The notes beneath the pieces are model-generated. The model saw only the letters and a list, made by a program, of their open reading frames with translations. It was not told the origin of the DNA and did not search any database. This document shows, one piece after another, positions 1 through 12,383 of a stretch of DNA of 64,000 bases. Made by a program: the position numbers and the translations under genes. Within the stretch, counting starts at the first letter, position 1, and each line of letters begins with the position of its first letter. Source of the DNA: Lama glama (Eukaryota); assembly GCA_028534125.1 (NCBI GenBank), contig CM052816.1, positions 55,182,001 to 55,246,000 of the forward strand. Direction: 5' to 3'.

Positions 1-1090
1 AAATTTAATATTGCTGTATTCTTTTAGTTTTTGCTTGTCTGATAAATTTTTTACCTCCTGTTATTCTAAATAATATTGTTGCTGAATAGAGTATCCTTTA
101 AGTTGCAGGGTTTTTTTGCTTTTAGGACTTTGAATATATCTTGCCAGTCCCTGCTGGCCTGAATTGTTTCTGTAGAGAAGTCAGCTAATAGCCTTATGGG
201 GGTTCCCTTGTAATTAACACTTCATTTTTCTCTTGCTGCTTTAACTCTTGCCATGTTAATTATAAGATGTCTTAGTGTAAGTTTGTTTGGGTTCATCTTG
301 TTTGGGACCCTCTGTGCTTCCTGTACCTGGATATCTGTTTCCTTCTTTAGATTTGGGAAGTTTTCAGCCATAATTTCTTCAAATATATTTTTTAGTCCCT
401 CTTTTCTTCTCCTTCTGGGATCCCCATTATGCATAGCTGGGCATGCTTTATGTTATCCTATAAGTCTTGTATACTGCTTTCTTTTTTTTAACTTGTCTTT
501 CTGTCTGCTGTTCTGATTGGGTGAGTCCCATAATTCTATCTTCCAGATCATCTGTTATTTCTTCTGCATTTGTTATTTATTGCCTTTAGTTCAGCTTTCA
601 TCTCAGCAAATGGGTTTTCTAATTTTATTTGGTTACTCTTTATAGTTTGTAGTTTTTTTTACAGTAATCTTCATCTCTATTGATAGCCTTTCTTAATTCC
701 ATCAGTATTTCTATTACCTCTCTTTTGAACTCAGGTTTATTGGATTGGAGAGGTCTCTTTCATTGCTTGTTCTTTCAGCAGAATTCTCTTGATCTTTTAA
801 TTGGGAATGGTTCCTCTGTGTATTCATTTAACTTATATATCTCTGACTCTAGAAGAAACAGTTATCTACTGTGGTCTTGAAGGGCTGTTTTTACATGGGA
901 GCATCCCTGTGTAGCTGGCATGAGTCTAATATTTTTGTTGCAAAGGCTGTTTTTAGTATGGATACCTGCCACATCTTTCCTCAGTGTGTGCTGACCACTA
1001 CCCCCCTAATAGTGGTGTTGCAGTGACCAGAGACTACACTGGATATTAAGCAAGGCCTCCTCTTTGCTCTGTGGTTGTCACAGCCCTGAT
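1..1090 (-). mobile_element. LINE-1/HAL1-type fragment (decayed ORF1 and upstream region), continuing off the window
   Basis: ORF 222..434(-) gives the L1 ORF1p motif IFEEIMAENFPNL.KETDIQVQEAQRVPNKMNP. The frame is disrupted. The 5' boundary is approximate. Confidence 0.85.
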
Positions 1091-2759
1091 GGGGGCTTGA
1101 AACAATTTGGGAACTGTTAAATGCATCATAGTTGGCTTTGCTTTCATAAGGAAAACACATGGAAAATCAAGAGTTAGATAAATGTCCCTCTCGGCATCAC
1201 TAAGTTCACATTTGAATTTCCTAATTCACTTGCTTCTTCTGAAAAACCAAGCCCCCATATGGTCTGTCCAGAATCTTTTACAGGATGCAGTAATATTAGG
1301 TATGGCAAATGTTACCTACAGGGGGTTATCTAAAAGGTTGTGCAATGTTTAGGGGGAAATGGCATAACTAATAAATAAATGTTTGGCTTTAAAAAAGTTG
1401 CCAACTACATCTTAAATCCATTTCTGCTTTTTCCTTTGTGTCACCAGAGCACCATTTGACCCATTCATTCTCAAAGGCATGTTCAAGATACTCAGCAGCA
1501 TCTAAATTATAAGCTAAAAAAATATTGCTTTAGATTTTTGAGAAATAGCCTATTTAAACATTCACCCCAAATTCATTTGCTTAACACACAGTTAATGAAT
1601 CAATATGAGACCATTTTGAGGAGTTTGGTGACCCCACCTCAGTGATATGCAGCTGTTGCTTTGCAGATAGCTGAGTACAGACAGCTACAGTGAATCAGGA
1701 ATGTTGGAGCAATTACACAATAAAACGAAACAGAAGCTGTTTTTATTTAGACCAGGTACTGCAAAGAGGTGGGTGGTCACCCTTTTCCTGGGTTGTGGTG
1801 GCATACTTTTCTCTGTACTACTGGGCTGACATCATCCTTCTCAATAAAGAGATTATTCATATCATAAGGCCCAATGCATATCAAGAAGAAAGAATATATC
1901 CGCACAAGGCAAAAGAACCCCAAAAGCAGACAGATTCACCCAGGGAAATGCATATGCAGCATCTCTCTTATTTACGGCCTAAGAGGCTCAAGTTTGCCAC
2001 TCACCTCTCAGAAGAATGGTAGTAATTATGCTTCTTTTTAATAATGTCTGTCTTTAAAAATGCCTACAAATCAGAAAGTGAGCTCCCATACACCAGGAGT
2101 GGCCCGTGGCTGCTGCAGTCTAACGACCTGGGAATCTTTCTTGTAGTTCCAGCCCCAGGAACAACAACAACAAAAAAATGGTCACTAGCAATTGCAGAAC
2201 CCTCACCAGTTCTAAATGTTTGCATGAGTTAACTTATTTAATCCCCAAAACCACCCTTTGAGGTTGATACTATGGAAGTGTGGTTCATTGGTGGGGAACC
2301 TGAGGTACAGGGAAGTTAATGATTTGACCACAGAAAAGGGGTAGGGGGGACTACATCCCCATCTGTCAGCAGTTCTTTGCACAATATCATGATTCCTTTA
2401 ACAACCCTGACTGCCCTCCTGTGATAACATCCCCGTTTGTCCAGGCTCCCGTGTGATGGGTACCACTAAAATTGAAAGCGGTACCTCAAATGTCTCTGAG
2501 GTGCCTTCTCCCTGAGCACCACCCTCATAGAATTAGAGTTAACTCTGCTTAGTGGAAAATTAGATGGGAAGCTAGGGGGAAATGGTGCTTTGTCTTACCA
2601 AAGCATGTGACAAGGGATGTACAACCTGTCTCAGACATTCCAAATGCGCACGTCCCTAACCCCTGGTTGGGGAGTAAGGGAGTCAATGCTGAAAACAGCT
2701 GGGTGGTACCAGAGCAAAGATGAAGACTTAATCACTTGTTAGAAAGAGAAGCTCTTATA

Positions 2760-3209
2760 TAAGATATCTAAAAGAGACAAACTTACAGAAGCAGAGAGTA
2801 GAATAGTGGTTAACAGAGGGTGAAGGGAGGGAGAAACAGGAGGTTTTAGTCAACAGGCACAAAGTTTCTACGCAGGATGAATATGTCCTAGAGATCCAGT
2901 GTATGGTATACTGCCTGTAGTTAACAATACTATATCTGGATACGTAAATTTTGCTAAGATTATAGATCTTATGTTAAATGCTTTTATCACAAGAAAATTA
3001 AAAAAGAATTTGTTCAAACATAATATTTGTTTTATGTTTAAAATAAAATACACAATTTATATTTTTATTAATAAAAATTAAATAATAAAACTATTAAAAT
3101 TGAAAATTTATTTGATTATCCCAATGAATACAAAATAGTTGATAAAATTTAAAATTTATTATCAGTTAAACTCTTAAAAAACTAAAAAAAAAAAAAAAAA
3201 AAAAAAAAA
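2760..3209 (+). mobile_element. 5'-truncated L1 3' end, AT-rich extension and long poly(A), flanked by a TSD
   Basis: Carries the L1 3'UTR motif gaagcagagagtagaatagtggtt...ttgctaag..tagatctt and an A-run at 3184-3209. Flanks are agagaagctcttata and agagaaggctcttata. Confidence 0.8.
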
Positions 3210-4329
3210 GGAGAGAGAGAAGGCTCTTATACAATGTTCCAAAAAAGTTGTAACTCCCTTGCTTTCCTGGCACAAGAGGGATGATGCCCCTATAGAGTGG
3301 GTCTCCATATTCCGTTGTCCCCTTCTGGGCAGTCACCTGCAGTCACCTCTTTGCTAAGCCATATCAGAGCTTTATGAAGTGATGCTTCCAGTACTCTAAG
3401 GGTTCATAACTGGATGCTAGATTTCTCCCACCCAACAGTAGCATGAGGACACAATCTTACCCTGGGAACTTCTCAAACCTCAGAAGTAGTCAAGTCTGAG
3501 AGACCTGAGCTTGCTCTTGACTCTTGTGACTGAGACAGCTTAGTGACTTGACAAGGGGCAGAACACCTTCATTTAATATTAGTATCTTGTACTTATACCA
3601 CTTGAAAATAAAACTTAAAAATAATCCTTATTAGGGGCCTTAATATATAAGAGTAAAATTAGAATAAAAATGGTCCATCCTTCAAGGCCCCTAGATACCC
3701 ATATATGTATATATAAACCCAGATAGGCTTACATAGCCAATAAGTAAAACCACATAGAAATGTATAGAATGAAAAGTCGTCTTCTCCCCTACCTTTGATC
3801 CTCTTCCCAAAGGTAACTATTATCAGTTCCTTTTCTAAATCTTACAGAACGTTTATACGTATAAATATATAAAAAATGGATACCCTATGGGAATTGCCTA
3901 TGAAATACATGTTTTCCCCCTGTGCAGTGTTTATCTTTTCTCAGCTTGTGTTTAGGATTTCTAAATTAAGCAAACCAGAAATAAATCTGTCAGAATTTCA
4001 AAACTTCTTCAAAATATACTTCATATTTTTCAGAAAAACATTCATTATCAGCCAATACAGGAAAATCAAATGGTTATTTCTCCATCTCCATTATTTCTAT
4101 GCCTAATGTAAATACACCCCCATCTTCTTAAAAGAGAGGCTATTAAATTCAATTTTAAAGAATTTTTTGAGCACCCACCATGCCTGACTTTTTCTGAAGT
4201 GCTAGAAATATAAGGATTTATAAGTCATGATCCCTGACCTTAGAGGAGGGGAAACTTAGCAAACGTTCTCCCAACCCTCACTCTAAGCCAGGAGAGAAGG
4301 GAGACACTTTCACAGCCACTAGTTTTCAA

Positions 4330-4526
4330 TTTTTAAAAAATTTTTATGTAACATTTAACGGTTATTTCCATTTACAGTTATTACAAAATACTGGCTATAT
4401 TCCCCATGCTGTACGATACATCCTTGAGCCTGTCTTACACCCAGAAGTTTGTACCTCCCATAGCCCGCCATGTTGCCCCTCCCCCGTCTCCCCACTGGTA
4501 ACCACTAGCTTGTTCTCTGTATCTGT
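4330..4526 (-). mobile_element. L1 3' end fragment
   Basis: ttattacaaaatactggctatattcccc...ggtaaccactagcttgttctctgtatctg is typical of a reverse-strand L1 3'UTR. Degenerate flanking repeat tcacagccactagttt / tcacatccattattt. Confidence 0.75.
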
Positions 4527-5459
4527 CACATCCATTATTTCACACAACCCTCCCAACAACCCCACTGATCAGGGCCACCACAGAGAGGGGCATCCAGGCC
4601 ATAACCTGGCATGGCCTCCTAGGGGCATATGACCAGGACTGAACAGTGCTAAAGTGTGCACTCAGGTACCTGGGCTCAGGATCCCTGAACTCCCTTTCTA
4701 TTCCATCAAGATAGCTTAAGAAGCCCATAATTCAGTGAGGGAGACACAGGCACATAACTGAATGAGCCCAGTCATGAGGAGTGCACACTGATGGAGGCGT
4801 AGCTGGGAGCAGAGGGGCGGGAGGTGGCTACTAATTCTGACTGTAGCCTCCAAAGAGGTTTTGCTGAGACGGGAACACCTGAGACGATTCTGAAGGATAA
4901 GAAAAATTTCAAGATAGCATGAAATTCCTCCATAACTGACAGGTTTAGAAAAATATATATACAGATTCAAGCTGTATCTCACTTCTATTCTGGCTAAAAA
5001 TATGTTTCAGATCCAAAGGTAATAATCTGTGCCTACATTGGATTACTATTGATAATCAGACTGTTCCATTGGGCATGCTATGCCCAGAATTAAGCCTACC
5101 CAATAGCTTATTTGAGACGAACAGCACAGTTAGAAGACATATTTTTGATCATGTGATCTAACTAAACTTCTGACTGTCAGCACAGGCATGATGCAAATAA
5201 AAGTGGAAACACCCTGGACCCCTCCCTTGTTTGTTTGCATGTTTCCATTTGTCCTCATGACGTCCTGACAGGCAGTCCTTGAAAACTCAGGGCAGGGATG
5301 AACTCTTGACATGGACCAGCCATCTCTGCTCTCCATTCCTCAAGATGCTGCTGACGGTCAGAAGTTAAAAGTATTTCCGTTCAAAGTCCCTCAGTCTACA
5401 AGTGGGAAAACTGAGGCCGAGAGAAGCCAGTACTTGAAACCAGGTGTTCCAGACCCTTG

Positions 5460-5620
5460 TTCCTCAGAGTATGACCCTTGGACCAATAGCACTGGCACCC
5501 TGGGGGGAACTGGCTAGAAATGCAGACTTTAAGGCTCCACTCCAGACCTACAGAGCAAGAGTCTGTGTTTGAACAGGGTTCCCACAGGATCTGTGTGCAC
5601 TTTAGAATTTGAAAACACTT
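5460..5620. mobile_element. MER5A-like hAT-Charlie MITE
   Basis: agaaatgcagact..aggctccactccagacctac...aatttgaaaacact resembles the recalled MER5A consensus. Confidence 0.65.
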
Positions 5621-5659
5621 CTTAGGCCAGTGTGCTTTCCATTAATACACATAACGTCA

Positions 5660-5790
5660 GGGGAGGGTATAGCTCACTGTTTGAGTGTGTACTTAGCATG
5701 CACGAGGCCCTGGGTTCAATTCCCAATATCTCCACTAAAAAAGATTTTTTTAAACTAATAAGTAAACCTAATTACCCTCCTCAAAAAAAT
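5660..5790 (+). mobile_element. tRNA-derived SINE (camelid type)
   Basis: The head ggggagggtatagctca...ctgggttcaattccc carries Pol III A/B boxes, followed by aaacctaattacc and an A-rich tail. Confidence 0.85.
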
Positions 5791-5898
5791 TTTTTTAATT
5801 TAAAAAACACAAAGCAACAATAACTTCTCTAATACATTTTCAAAAATGAATGTTTCTTTTTTATTAAAGTATAGTTGATTTACTATGATGTGTTCATT

Positions 5899-5918
5899 TA
5901 TTTGGGGCAGGTAATTAG

Positions 5919-5956
<38 letters not shown>

Positions 5957-6030
5957 TTTTTTAATGGAGGTACTGGGGATTGACCCCAGGACCTCGTGCA
6001 CGCTAAGCACATGTTCTACGACTGATCTAC
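5899..6030 (-). mobile_element. tRNA-derived SINE with a (TCTG)n(TCTA)n microsatellite in its tail
   Basis: Reverse complement of the same SINE (ggtaattagg...ggaggtactggggattgaccccaggacctcgtgcacgctaagc). Confidence 0.85.
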
Positions 6031-8724
6031 TTTTTTTTAAACTTTAGTTTGTATTTGTCTAATATATTTGAGGGGAGGAGATGCAGGCTACAGAATATTT
6101 AAACTCCAAAGATCAGAATAAGCAAGGTCTCCCTGCATGAGCTGGAGATCTCCAAAGGGCAAGGAGAAACTCTGTGCCTCCAAGGATCTGCCTTCCTTAG
6201 GACTAGTAGAGGAAGACCGCCAAAGTGGAGAGAGGCCAGGCTGTGATTCTCAGATCCTTTCATGAGTCGAACGATGACCTTAATTCAGTTGGGCTTCCAG
6301 GAGGTTGAACCTGGCCTGAGAAATAAATGTGACCTGAGGCTCACTCGCCCCTCCCACCAGAGCTCAGGCTCTGGCCATTCGTGGCCAGCCAGCTCTCGGT
6401 TCAGGTCTGTCAGAAGACAGAAAGAGGCCCCAAGCATGACCTCCCCATTAAAGGTCTTTTCTAACATGGGGACTGATTCTACTTTATTTAATCATACCCT
6501 CATTTCGCCTGACAAATACCACATTTCCATTTCGGTCTCTCTGCTGTGCTGTTTTTGATTCTTTCTGACAGTCCCTAAGGGGGCACAAATTTTACCCCCA
6601 GCACCACTTTAAACCACATTTAAACTAAACAGAACCATTTGAAGAAATGGAACAGTGTTTTTCTCATAATAATTTTAGCCAATAGTTTTCTAAAAATTGT
6701 TTTAAGCACTTCCGTTATCCATGGCTGATGTATTACCCTATAATTCATTACACCATTTATCTACAGACTGATTTTCAATGAAAAGCATTCTCTGGTAGTG
6801 TTCTGAATCCAGTGATAAATAATCTCTACGAGGCAATGCTCATACTCACTCACCTTTTAGACGAGGATTTTTCTTAGGTTAAAACAAAATTTTAAGTCAA
6901 AGTAAAACAAAAATAAATCAGTAAGAGTAAGAATGACAGTTCTGGAAGTGGTTGTTGACAAAAATAATATAATATGATCTATTGTATTCACAGGATAAGA
7001 AAAAAATGCTTTATTCCCTCAATTATGCTCATTATTTTTTAGATATCACGCAAGAGGCGGATGCATTTATTTCCCCACAGGTAGGGTTTTCTCCCACAAA
7101 CTTGTGTTATACCTGTAGTAGAAGCCCACTTAGCCCATTCTTACCTAACCCACTTGATGGATTAACCAACCTACCTACAAACACACTAAGAATTATTCCC
7201 TATCTTCCTTCTACTTCCACCAGCCGTGCTTTAGGCTGTGTTTATACCCAGCCTGCTTTGTGAGTTCTGCTGTTATTAGTTACATATCTAATTAAACAGG
7301 AGTCACAGAAATCACGAGACATGAGTGTGAGAGGAACGGGAGCCACTCCTAGGAAAACCAACTTAAAAAAGACTTGGGGAAGGTTGAGTTGCAAAAGTAA
7401 ATATCTCTTTAATACATTTATTAGATAAATATATGAAATAAATATCCTTGTATTAAATAAATATTTATTAAATAACTATTAAAATTTATTAAGTTATATG
7501 AAATAAAATTGTATTAAATAAATGTGAGCAATCCAACTCTAAAAGACCGAGAAAAATCATAAAAATGAAAGATTCTGTGCTTCAGTTGTGGCATATTAAA
7601 GAAGTTAAAACTGAAAAATCAAAGCCACATGATGGAGATGCAAGAAAGATGACGGGGTGCTTCATTTCAAAGCTCCCCACTCAAAGGGTGTCTTTGTTTC
7701 TGCACGGGAAGACGGTCAAAGGGATGCAAAACCCTGTGTTAAAACACAGCGCTGAAGTCCTTTCATGTATGTTGCTGCATAATTTCCTGCTTTAACCAAC
7801 TTTTCCATAAACTGATCAATTACCAGTCCAGATATAATTAGATAATAGGGTTTCTACCTTGCCTCAGAGGACCCCTGAATACATGCTTTGCTTTTAAAGG
7901 AACCAGGTTTGCCGAGCCATTTGAAGAGTCACAATTACCCACTAAGTGGTTTATCTTATCACTGAAGGCAACACAAAAACAGCATCCCTGAAGGTCAGTT
8001 CCAGGGCTCACAACCTTCCTTTCCCCTACTTCCTCAAAGATTCCTTTCTTTTCACTGTGTACTGGAAAATTCCCTGGAAAGAGGGCCAAGACATCCAGGA
8101 CTAGTTCCGGTCTCCCTCTGACTAGCTGTACACCGTCAGGCTGGCCTTTCAGCTTCCTCCTGTCAAATGGTGGGTGACGGTCAGCTCCGCAAAGCTAGAC
8201 CAGCCTTTCTCTTCTGTCTGTCTCGGGGAGGGAGGAACCTGTCTTCCTTCCTGGCCCCTTATGGGTCCTCCCCACCTACTCACTGATGTGGAAGCTCTCA
8301 CAGCCGCTGCCCAGGAGTGCTTACTGCTCCTGGACCCCAAAATGATGGGCAGTGAGTGAAGCCACCCCTCAGCCACACCCCACTGCAGTCTGTAACAGGC
8401 TGATTCCAGGGATCCCTGTGCCTCCCCTGCTGCCCTTGCACCCACTCAGTTCAAAGAAGGCTGCAGCATCCTCTTTATCTACAATTTGTTATTTCTCATT
8501 ATTACTGGTTTTTAAATTCTGTGCTTGAATCAGAAATAATAACATAAAATCTCAAGTTCAGTACTTATTCTGTTGGATTCTTCCGTTGAAAGTGCTAAGA
8601 AGTGGACTCATTATTAAAGCAATGGGAGTTGAGATGGGGAAAGCAGAACTGGTCTTTTGCTGGTTTTTAACCAAATGCAGTATCTTTCATCTTCATTCAC
8701 TACTCTTTACCACACTGAGCTTTG

Positions 8725-8975
8725 TGTCAGGCAGCAAGTCATTAAGAGCCCAGGCTCTTGAAACATATGGACTAAATCTGAATTTTTGCTCTCCCATTGA
8801 CTTACTGTTTGATTCTGGGTAAATTATATTATTTCTTTGCACCTCAATTTTCTCCTCTGTCTAATGGGGTTAATAATGGCACCCACCCCACAGGGTTTTT
8901 GAGGGATTAAATGGGTCAAAGACTAAGCACTGTGTGAAACAGGCTGTTCAATAAACAGCAACAACTAATATAACT
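8725..8975 (+). mobile_element. MIR SINE
   Basis: MIR core cacctcaattttctcctctgtctaatggggttaataatggcacc...gagggattaaatg. Confidence 0.75.
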
Positions 8976-9884
8976 ATTGGTGTAAGGGAAAAGGGGAGAA
9001 CAGAATGGTGACAGAAAAGAGACAACAGGAAAAAAGGAGGGGCCCTGGAGTGGTGTGCAAAGTGAAATTACAGCTTTTGGCCTCCCTCAGCTCAAGCTCT
9101 GAAAAGAAGCCACTTGAAACAGCTCTGGAAGAGAAATCTAATTATTTACATCTCAAAGACTTATTCTTTTGCAACTTGAAACTATTTAAATAATCAATAG
9201 GTTTCTCCTAAAACCAATGCTTCACTTTTTCCAATTACTGCTATTTTTAGTGGCCACAGGTAAGGGTCCTCGTGTGTAAAAATGCGTCTGTAGACTTCAG
9301 GAAAATCAAATAAAAGTAAAGAAAGTAATAATATCAAAGGCATATTTCACAAATGAAAAAAATAAAAAACCCTTTCTACTTTGCAATGGAGAACATTTGC
9401 AACAAAAATCTGTTCACCTTTGCCAGAAAGCACTGTAAATGTCAGGCAGTCTACAGCACATCTCTGGCTTTACATCTGGAAAGTTTGACGTTTAAGTCCA
9501 TTGGTCCAGGCAGAGACCGATGTAGCTGCTTGTTTAGGGAGAGGGAGGCAAAGCCACATCAGGCATCATTATCACTTGTTACTTCAGTCCACCTGGGCAC
9601 TAAATAGCCTGTGGTGGCCCAAAGGCACTTCTTCCACTGCCTTCAGGGAGCCAAATGCAGAAGGAGAGTCTTGATAAGAAAGCCCAATCTATTCTCTAAC
9701 ATCTTTCCTCAAATGGCCAGTATACAGCATGCCCACTGGATAGGGAGAGACATATTTAAATATTTTTGCATGAAAAAGTATCTTTGCATGTATGGCTCTA
9801 CAGGTCCCCCTAAAAGGGCAATTACAGCCCATTTGGTGTTTAAAACAATAAAGAAACAAGTCCTAAGAATCAAGAGCATTAGAG

Positions 9885-10508
9885 TGTTGCTGGCAATTAG
9901 GTTCTTGTTGCAGAAAGAATTCAGAGAGGAGACATGGAGGTTAAGAAAGTAAACTGAGGATTTATTAAGGGACAGATAATACACTCTCAAGGGGAGAGCG
10001 GGCAAGCTCGGGTGAGCAGCTGTGCTGAGTTTCTTTGGCAAGCTGATTACACAGGGTGTAAAAATGAATGGGCAGAATATTATTTGGGGAGGGAAGGGTC
10101 TGGGGTCATATTCCCTGATCTCTGCCCCCTCTCCACCTTCCCAAGTGAAGGAGGAATTTTTGTCCTTATTTAGTTTGGGTCCAAAGTGTATGGCATCAGT
10201 GCATGATGGGTACTTCTAATCTGCAAGGCTAATTTTATTGTAATGAGGGCATAATGAGCAAAAGATTCGATCTGGACACTGGAGATTCCTGCCTTTCCCC
10301 ACCTTTCTTTGCCTCTAGGACACCTGTCGCCCCAATCCAGAGGTTCCTGCTTTTCTCTGTCTGCTCAAGGACCCCTGTTGTTTACATGAGGTATGGTTTC
10401 CTGCATTTGGCCCATGCCTCTCCTTTTTTTTTTTTTCACCCAATTCCTGCCATTTGGTCTGCGTCCTCCTTTCTCTTGCTCATCTCTAGCTATCTGCCTG
10501 TTCTAACA
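9885..10508 (-). mobile_element. ERV1-type solo LTR, sense to SV2C
   Basis: TG...CA termini (tgttgctggc...ttctaaca) and 4-bp flanks AGAG/ACAG. Minus-strand AATAAA at 9961-9966 lies near its 3' end. Confidence 0.75.
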
Positions 10509-10828
10509 ACAGTGAGTCACTTTGTGGTGCATCACAGATACCACACATCAATTCCACACCAGTGGGATCCCTGTCTCCACAAGCTTCCCCCACTCCTAGG
10601 CCAGTGCTGGGGCAGAGAGGTGGTAACTGACCGAGCCCTTTCTTCAATACCCCATCCCTGAGCCAACCAACAAGGCTGGTTAACTCCACACCTCTTAGCT
10701 GAGCTCCTGCGGTGAGCCAGGCATCTTCATGGTACAAGGAAAGGGGAGGGGGGAGAGCGTGGAGCAGTCAGGAGAGCTCCACAACAGGAAACAAGCCAGG
10801 CTCTCACTCTTGACAGCGCCCAGCCTAG

Positions 10829-11000
10829 GGCAGTGGTTTCAGACAACAGCTGCGCATCAGACTCTCCAGGAGCATTACGGAAAAGAACACTGGTGCCCAG
10901 GCCACAGCCAGAGATTCTGGTTCTGCAGCAGGACTTAGGCAATGGTACTTTTAAAGGGCTTCCCAAACTATACTAATATAAAACCTGGGCTTGGAACCTT
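10829..11000. mobile_element. MER5-family MITE
   Basis: cagtggtttc...gctgcgcatcagactctccaggagc...ccagagattctg...gcttggaacc. Confidence 0.6.
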
Positions 11001-11049
11001 TAGTTTCCTGGGAGATTAAAAACATGCAAAAAACGAATTACCACTAAAT

Positions 11050-12260
11050 GAAACACATTATATAATTAAGGTGAGTGTGTTATGCTTAAGAGGAAAAGAG
11101 AGAAGCGACTTTGTTAGTTCCAGGGAATCAGAAAAGCTTCCCATAGAATGTACTCGTGGATCATGCCGAGTTTTGAATGGTGAATAAGAATTCTCCAAGT
11201 AAGGAGGGAAAGTTCCAGGGAAGGAAAGAGGCTTAAGTTCAAAGGTTTGTGGGGCTGTCAGAGCACAGCACACCAAGGGGACTCTAGATGGTTCAGAACG
11301 GGTGGGATGCAGAGTTCATGTGCAGGGGAGAGAGTGGCGAGGGATGAGGCTGGTAGATGAGATGGCAGCTGGCCTTTATCCTTTGGGAAACTAAAAACCC
11401 GACTGGACATCATCCATGCCTGAAAAGATCATTTCTGCAGTTCTGTGAAGGATAAACTTGCAGGGTGGGGAGATGGAGCAGGGAGAGGAAGGTAGAAGGG
11501 TCCCAACCGTGGTGAGGCAACCAAGTTCTGAGGTGCCCTGAGCACAAAATTTAAGGAAGTGCTCACTCTCAAGCGCCAGCTCCGCACCTGCATGACCCTG
11601 AGCGTGACTGCTTCCTTAAGTTTGTGCGCCAGGCACCTCACTCTCCTCACCCTGATCCCAGCCCTGAAAAGAAGACCAGTGGAAGGAGTATTACTGAGAA
11701 GCAGCAGGGTGAGAATGAAGGCAGCCTGATCTAAGGCTGGGGCAGTAGGCTTGCAGAAGATGGACAAGGCTGGACGTACTTTTCGTCATCAGAGTCCACA
11801 GTTCTTGTAAACTGAGGGGTGAGGCAAGGAAGAGTGGGACTTGACACTGCGGAGTCTGGCTTGGGACAGATCACAACAAAATCAATTAAGAGAGGGAGTA
11901 CAAGAGGAGGCAGGCCTGACACGGCCAACAAGTGAGGAAGTTCACATCGGTAACCATCACTATACTGTGGGTAACAGGGCAGCACAGGTGATACATGCAA
12001 ATCCACATCAGTAGAGCCGATCATCAGGAAACACTTCATGAAGGAAGCAGGGCTTGAGCTGAGCCTCAAGGAAACAAGAAGGATATGACTGAGGAGGCAG
12101 GCAGGATGACGTGCTGATGTGCAGATGTCCACAGCAGAGCTGGGAGAGGTCTGCAGTGGGAATGCGCCAGAAGGTTGGCAGGTTAGCAGAGTAAGCGGTG
12201 ACATGGAGTGGCTGGCTTGAGCGTGAACAATTAAGCTGGAGAAGTTAGAGAAAATCCGTA
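11050..12260 (-). mobile_element. Decayed L2 fragments, interrupted by MER96
   Basis: Purine-rich reverse-strand L2 motifs (tcaggaaacacttcatgaaggaagcagggcttgagctgagcctcaagga). Confidence 0.5.
11496..11666. mobile_element. MER96 palindromic hAT MITE
   Basis: Inverted arms ggtgagg...gcacaaaatttaaggaagtgctcactctca and tgagcgtgactgcttccttaagtttgtgc...cctcaccctgatcccagccctg. Confidence 0.8.
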
Positions 12261-12383
12261 AGTAACAAGCCAAAAAAAATTTAATTCATTACATAGACAA
12301 GGAGAGCCACTGATGGGTTAGTTCCTGAGTAAGGAAGTAACACCATCAAAGTACTAGTGTGAAATGACCAGGGCACTTTAGAG

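Noticed and set aside
5660..5735. tRNA genes (also at 22434, 5960-6030 and 47170-47243)
   Set aside because: These are tRNA-like heads with SINE tails (one has a perfect TSD), so they are SINEs rather than tRNA genes.
7400..7525. AT-rich stretch with repeated ttgtattaaataaat
   Set aside because: Low-complexity sequence with no regular repeat-spacer structure.
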